64,000 bases of DNA. Source: an uncultured virus (IMG/VR IMGVR_UViG_3300046314_000298) (lineage: Duplodnaviria > Heunggongvirae > Uroviricota > Caudoviricetes). The position numbers were made by a program, and so were the translations under genes. How positions within the stretch are numbered: the stretch's first letter is position 1; every line of letters begins with the position of its first letter. Shown in pieces: positions 59,511 through 64,000 of the stretch. The stretch is from IMG/VR virus record IMGVR_UViG_3300046314_000298; one strand, given 5' to 3'. The notes under the pieces were generated by a model. It was not told where the DNA came from. It worked only from the letters and a program-made list of their open reading frames with translations, and made no database searches.

Positions 59511-60674
59511 TCAATAGCCCACAGGCCCTACAGTAGTAGCGTCTAACAGTATCAGATGTAACTTTAAGTTACGCACCCTAAGAAAAGGTTCCTGACCAGG
59601 AACTCTAGAAGATACAATAGCGTGTACTTCTGTATTGACATTTAAAAACCTAGGGTAAGCAACATTCTCTAAAGGTTCGGCATTATAACCTAAACCTTCA
59701 GGATCTTTAGACTGATTATAGAGAGTAGGTATAATCAGCTTACCTATATTTAAGTAATCGGGAACCGTTGATAATTCACCAGTGACAGGGTCTGTGTTAT
59801 AGGACATATCACTTTGAAACAGACCCGGTACTTGGTTAAGAAGTACTTCCACTTGATCAAGACCCTCGTTACCTAATACTGGATATTCAGTTGTTATACT
59901 TGCGTCAACAACAAAACAGTCAAAAGGTATATAGAACTTATGTGTTCTATATAGAGTATCCATACTGATACCACCGTCAAAGTTTTCATAAAACTTAGGT
60001 GTCAAGTCTACAGTGTAAGGTATTCTTATCTGCTGGGTAGGGTGAGAGTGATCACCTTTAGCTGCCTCAAGTATTTCACCTGGATTAGGATAAACATTAG
60101 GGGCGGAAGGAGTACCTGAGAAAAAGGTAACTCCAGAACCAGTGCTTAGTCCGGCTATCTGTGCTTGCAATGTGGCTATCAATGCAAAAATATCTGCTAT
60201 AGTCGTAGTCAATCCAGATACTTCAGATTGAGCGTGGGTGTGTAATACAGCAGCTTTACCCGCTAAGGCGTCCACTAAACCTACTACTTCAGACAAAGCA
60301 TGGTTGTGTACAACGGGTGACTTACTAGATAAAGCTGTGTCTAAGCCATCTACTTGAATCATAGGGTGATTATGACTGACGTTAGCTTTAGTGGCTAAAG
60401 TGTCTAATAAACCTAAGATGTCTGCTACAGTGTATACATGGGTGTGATTGACATCCGCTTTATTCATTAAAGCGTTAACAACAGCTGTGGATAAAGGTTT
60501 GGTAATATCTGAAGTGTTGTCTACATTACCCAACCCTACCATAGCCTTAGTGACTAAAGCAGCTATAGAGTTAAGTGTGACTCTATAGTTCTCATTACCA
60601 TATATGACAGCAGCTTGTTCTAAACCACTTAAGGCTGTCAACATTTCAAACTGACTTATTTTTCTATTAGCCAT
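59511..60674 (-). CDS. His-repeat tail fibre-like protein
   Basis: MANRKISQF N-terminus, GLGNVDNTSD, HxH repeats. Confidence 0.75.
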   Translation of the reverse strand: MANRKISQFEMLTALSGLEQAAVIYGNENYRVTLNSIAALVTKAMVGLGNVDNTSDITKPLSTAVVNALMNKADVNHTHVYTVADILGLLDTLATKANVSHNHPMIQVDGLDTALSSKSPVVHNHALSEVVGLVDALAGKAAVLHTHAQSEVSGLTTTIADIFALIATLQAQIAGLSTGSGVTFFSGTPSAPNVYPNPGEILEAAKGDHSHPTQQIRIPYTVDLTPKFYENFDGGISMDTLYRTHKFYIPFDCFVVDASITTEYPVLGNEGLDQVEVLLNQVPGLFQSDMSYNTDPVTGELSTVPDYLNIGKLIIPTLYNQSKDPEGLGYNAEPLENVAYPRFLNVNTEVHAIVSSRVPGQEPFLRVRNLKLHLILLDATTVGPVGY

Positions 60675-60740
60675 GATGACTCTTTCCTATTTCGTGTTTA
60701 ATAGATACTAAGCCTTTACAGCTTAGTATCTATGTAAGAA

Positions 60741-61208
60741 TTATTCTGTTAACAGATATTCACCATTCTCGCCTAAGATAGGTGTGCCATCTTCAGCTAG
60801 GATTAAACTCATCATTTGTTCAGGACAATCATAAAGGAACTGTTCCTTCAGGTAACCTGACTCAAGATGATAAACGTCTAAGGTACCCAGAGTCACCCAA
60901 ACTTCATCTTCAGATGTGGCGTTGTGATAAGGTGCGTTTACTTCCAGTTTAAAAGGAAGTAGATTATCGGCTTTACCTATCTTTAAATAAATCCGCAAAC
61001 GTAGAAAGTCATCTGCTCTTGTGGTGTATGCTTCAAAAGCAATAGGGTAATCAGCTTTTTTAGCGATGCAGATCATATCAAAATCTGTAACGCGTAGGTT
61101 TCTGTTAAACTGATTGTTGAACAGAGTCAACGCCATCAGTTTAATATGGTCATGTTCTTTCATCTGGACCTCTGTTAAATAAGGTTGTCTTTGACTGATT
61201 ACAATCAA
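60741..61208 (-). CDS. Hypothetical (likely virion) protein
   Basis: 155 aa with C-terminal LAEDGTPILGENGEYLLTE. Confidence 0.55.
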   Translation of the reverse strand: MIVISQRQPYLTEVQMKEHDHIKLMALTLFNNQFNRNLRVTDFDMICIAKKADYPIAFEAYTTRADDFLRLRIYLKIGKADNLLPFKLEVNAPYHNATSEDEVWVTLGTLDVYHLESGYLKEQFLYDCPEQMMSLILAEDGTPILGENGEYLLTE

Positions 61209-61312
61209 CTTCTGTAAACGATAAGAGTTATCGCTATAGTCAAAGGATTACTTTTTAAAGAGATGGAACAAAAAAAAAATAAAAAAGAGGTGCCCGAATT
61301 ACCGGGCACCTC

Positions 61313-61369
61313 TTAACCGAAGTAGAACAACCATTCTACTTCGGTCAGGGTGATTTCACGGACTTCCAT
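61313..61369 (-). CDS. 18-aa micro-ORF MEVREITLTEVEWLFYFG
   Basis: AAGGAG RBS 5 nt before ATG; promoter at 61417-61453; terminator at 61285-61314. Confidence 0.6.
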   Translation of the reverse strand: MEVREITLTEVEWLFYFG

Positions 61370-61462
61370 GATAACTCCTTCAGCATAGCGTATATTCGAA
61401 TGAATATTTGAACCTAAGCTCAAGTTAAGTATATGTGACTGAAATCTTTTACATGAGGATAA

Positions 61463-61714
61463 TCAAGGGTAGATCCATTTATTGGCTTCCATGATACGGA
61501 AACTATAAACCACATTCTCAAATCGCTTCATGATCTGTTCATGAGTCTCACCCAGAACTTCTATGGCGGTGTTCACCCACGAGTAATCGTAAGTATTACC
61601 ATTTATAAGATCAAGAGCTGCTTTCTTGATAGTTGTGTAACCTACCACAGTAACCAAGATAAGGTTATCATTGGTTTCCAGTTGCTTCATCATACCTTGC
61701 ATTGTAATCAACAT
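61463..61714 (-). CDS. Hypothetical protein
   Basis: 83 aa, AAGGAG RBS. Confidence 0.6.
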   Translation of the reverse strand: MLITMQGMMKQLETNDNLILVTVVGYTTIKKAALDLINGNTYDYSWVNTAIEVLGETHEQIMKRFENVVYSFRIMEANKWIYP

Positions 61715-61774
61715 TTCTTTACTCCTTGGGATATTACAGACACCAGCCTCTATGGGCTGGTGTCTGTATGGGGT

Positions 61775-62434
61775 TTACATAGGGGGGACAGGTTCGGCAG
61801 GTTGATTTTGATACTTACCATTCCGATCAGCATAGCTCACCAAACATTGCTCATCCGACTGGAAGAACTGAAGTTGAGTGATGCCCATACCAGGATAGAT
61901 GCGCACAGGAAGATCTGTGGTGTTGGTGATTTCCAGTGTAATGCTTCCAAACCAACCAGATTCAAGAGGTGTTACAGTCACGATAATACCAGCTCTTGCC
62001 ACAGTGGATTTACCCATGCAGACAACAGAGACATCACGAGGAACGGTCACTTTTTCGACGGTGTGTCCCAAACAAAAGCTCTTTGCTGGTAGTTCAATCC
62101 AAGCCAGGTCTTCAAAAGAAGTCAGTTCGCAAGTGTTAGCAAAGTCAGCAATGTCGATAGAGCGACCCAGCGTACTTGCCAATACAGGTGTATTAACAGA
62201 CAGACCACCACCGGAGTTAGGACTGGTGCGTACTAGGTAAGCCTCATGTCCACGGAAGAACTTGAAGTTAGGACCCAGGCGTACATCGTAACCGTAAGAA
62301 GAAAGGCCAAAGCTAGGTACTTTCTTTTCCTCACCATGAACAACGATCTTGTTTTCATTGTCCATCACAAACGGAACAATCATGTCCCGCAACAGAGAAT
62401 TCTCACGAATCCATTTATCAGACTTGATGCTCAT
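61775..62434 (-). CDS. dcd: dCTP deaminase
   Basis: MSIKSDKWI, FGLSSYGYDVRL, GKSTVARAG, TPLESGW, YADRNGKYQNQ. Confidence 0.92.
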   Translation of the reverse strand: MSIKSDKWIRENSLLRDMIVPFVMDNENKIVVHGEEKKVPSFGLSSYGYDVRLGPNFKFFRGHEAYLVRTSPNSGGGLSVNTPVLASTLGRSIDIADFANTCELTSFEDLAWIELPAKSFCLGHTVEKVTVPRDVSVVCMGKSTVARAGIIVTVTPLESGWFGSITLEITNTTDLPVRIYPGMGITQLQFFQSDEQCLVSYADRNGKYQNQPAEPVPPM

Positions 62435-62825
62435 GTTTTCTTTTCCTTAAGATGGTTAATATGTCAGCTAAAGCATGTGCTTGGTTGACTGGTGTCGATG
62501 CAAATCTGTCTCTCAGACAATTGTTATGGTTGTAAGCTTGTATGTCAAGTTCTCTCAAAAGCTCAAGGTTATTAACACTCCAGCATTTCCAAAGATCGAG
62601 ATACTCGTGATATAGATCGGTGTTTGGAATAAGACTCGGTTTACCTTTTCCCAAACGCCAGTTTATACCACCTGGATCCATTCCTTTGACATCACATTGA
62701 TAATGCATCTCTATACTTCTGCCGTCATACATGATGGCGTTAAAAGCAGAGAAACGTTTATCACCTTGGCTGCTTATTTCATAACCCTCTGTTCTTGACC
62801 ATCTTACGTCTGAATCGACTGACAT
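62418..62825 (-). CDS. Phage hypothetical protein
   Basis: YEISSQGDKRFSAFNA...NQAHALA; coupled to dcd. Confidence 0.65.
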   Translation of the reverse strand: MSVDSDVRWSRTEGYEISSQGDKRFSAFNAIMYDGRSIEMHYQCDVKGMDPGGINWRLGKGKPSLIPNTDLYHEYLDLWKCWSVNNLELLRELDIQAYNHNNCLRDRFASTPVNQAHALADILTILRKRKHEHQV

Positions 62826-63151
62826 GATGCATTTACGTAACTACCATCTGGATTATCACCCCAGCTTTGGATGACATTGATGTCTATACGAAGACCATAA
62901 CCGCTTTCACGATCGAAATCTTCAGCTAACCAAACATCTCCCATGCGAGAAGCACCTGTCACCAGGTAAACTTTGCCTTCAAAAGTAGCAAACAGTTTAT
63001 GAGCTTTTACAAACTTATCAAACTTAAACCTCAGATTCGCCGGAAACCTGAAATGATTAAGTATCCAAGCTGCATAGGTTTCCGATTCTGACATCTGGGA
63101 ACAAGGAGCATCAATGAAATCATCGACATGTTTGTAGGTTCGATCAGACAT
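62804..63151 (-). CDS. Hypothetical protein
   Basis: MSDRTYKH start with AAGGA RBS; VTGASRMGDVWL. Confidence 0.6.
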   Translation of the reverse strand: MSDRTYKHVDDFIDAPCSQMSESETYAAWILNHFRFPANLRFKFDKFVKAHKLFATFEGKVYLVTGASRMGDVWLAEDFDRESGYGLRIDINVIQSWGDNPDGSYVNASCQSIQT

Positions 63152-63155
63152 GATA

Positions 63156-63551
63156 TTAAAGTCCTTCCTTGGTTCCGTTGACAAAGTACTCTTTATGTAG
63201 CATAGATACACCATACTTGTTAAAAAGTTGCTTATATTTTTCCTGGAACTCAGAATTAATATCAAAGTTACTTCTATCTTTGATCAAAGCCATGCATTCC
63301 ATATCAAACATAGCGTAAGTCATGTTCTCACGGAAACATTCATCAATGCAAGACTGATGAAGGAAGATCCAGCCTAGATGTGTTTTCAGACTGCTGTCTT
63401 TTTCACGAACATAGATCAGACCTGTAGACATTTCCAGATAAGTGAAATTACCTACAGTACCAAAGTTAACCACATGACCAGGTATAGCCACAGGTGTGAG
63501 GGTCAGAGTTTCCTGACCAAGGTCTTGATAATCATCTCTAAAATAGGGCAT
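63156..63551 (-). CDS. Hypothetical protein
   Basis: 131 aa with AAGAATGTATCATG start motif. Confidence 0.6.
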   Translation of the reverse strand: MPYFRDDYQDLGQETLTLTPVAIPGHVVNFGTVGNFTYLEMSTGLIYVREKDSSLKTHLGWIFLHQSCIDECFRENMTYAMFDMECMALIKDRSNFDINSEFQEKYKQLFNKYGVSMLHKEYFVNGTKEGL

Positions 63552-63582
63552 GATACATTCTTTTCTTGAAGTGGGTAAATGA

Positions 63583-63987
63583 TTAAGTTGTTCTGGTGGT
63601 CAGATTGTAAGAACGGTACCCCATGGCGTTAAGAGCGTCACGAATACGACTCACGTCATTCATACTGGCATTTGCTATCACAGCTGTGATGGTAATACTG
63701 TCGATAAGCTCCACACTGGCCATGTCGATCCACTGGTCGGCATAGATGAATCGTTCCCCTGATTCCCCAATGAACTCATAGTACGTACAGCTGTTGACAT
63801 CATCAGGTGTGCCTGGTGGAAGCAAAGGAAAAATCTTCCGGTATTGAAGATCGATGTTGTTGGTCTTTCTGGCAGTGTCGGCTACCATAATACCAACCAA
63901 CTTGGCGTTGATAACAGATGCACCCAGAATACTGGGTGCTCTTGTGACAAAGGTAAAGGTCTTATTCAGACTAAATTGAGCAGCCAT
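63583..63987 (-). CDS. Hypothetical protein
   Basis: 134 aa ORF at the window end. Confidence 0.6.
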   Translation of the reverse strand: MAAQFSLNKTFTFVTRAPSILGASVINAKLVGIMVADTARKTNNIDLQYRKIFPLLPPGTPDDVNSCTYYEFIGESGERFIYADQWIDMASVELIDSITITAVIANASMNDVSRIRDALNAMGYRSYNLTTRTT

Positions 63988-64000
63988 TTTTAAAAGCTTT

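Noticed and set aside
1..64000. CRISPR array or alternative genetic code
   Set aside because: No regularly spaced identical repeats seen; long genes read through in the standard code, and the interruptions are explained by introns

Overview
A 64 kb segment of a nucleus-forming (phiKZ-like, Chimalliviridae) jumbo phage, transcribed mostly on the minus strand. Positions 1-27.5 kb hold the conserved core block: SF2 helicase, non-virion RNA polymerase (nvRNAP) subunits, PicA/gp68/ChmC-like genes (assigned by synteny), SbcD, chimallin and a DNA polymerase. Positions 27.5-51 kb are an accessory region with TilS, radical SAM, ACP, SspB, DHH, SLOG, dTMP kinase, tRNAs and long ORF-free structured tracts. 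Positions 51-61 kb carry His-repeat fibre/virion genes, followed by dCTP deaminase. The most striking content is RNA-based. Six group I introns can be delimited to the nucleotide: three in nvRNAP genes and three in tRNAs. Two of them isolate most of the catalytic NADFDGD motif on a 21-nt micro-exon. A tRNA-Leu-like gene is split by an HNH endonuclease gene plus a second tRNA-Leu(UAA), and that inner tRNA carries a group I intron at the D-arm/anticodon-arm junction. Also present are a hammerhead ribozyme, a tRNA mimic, three 0.5-1.2 kb structured ncRNA candidates, and a nuclease-less IS110/Nop-fold (TasA-like) protein. All calls were made by eye, with no database searches.
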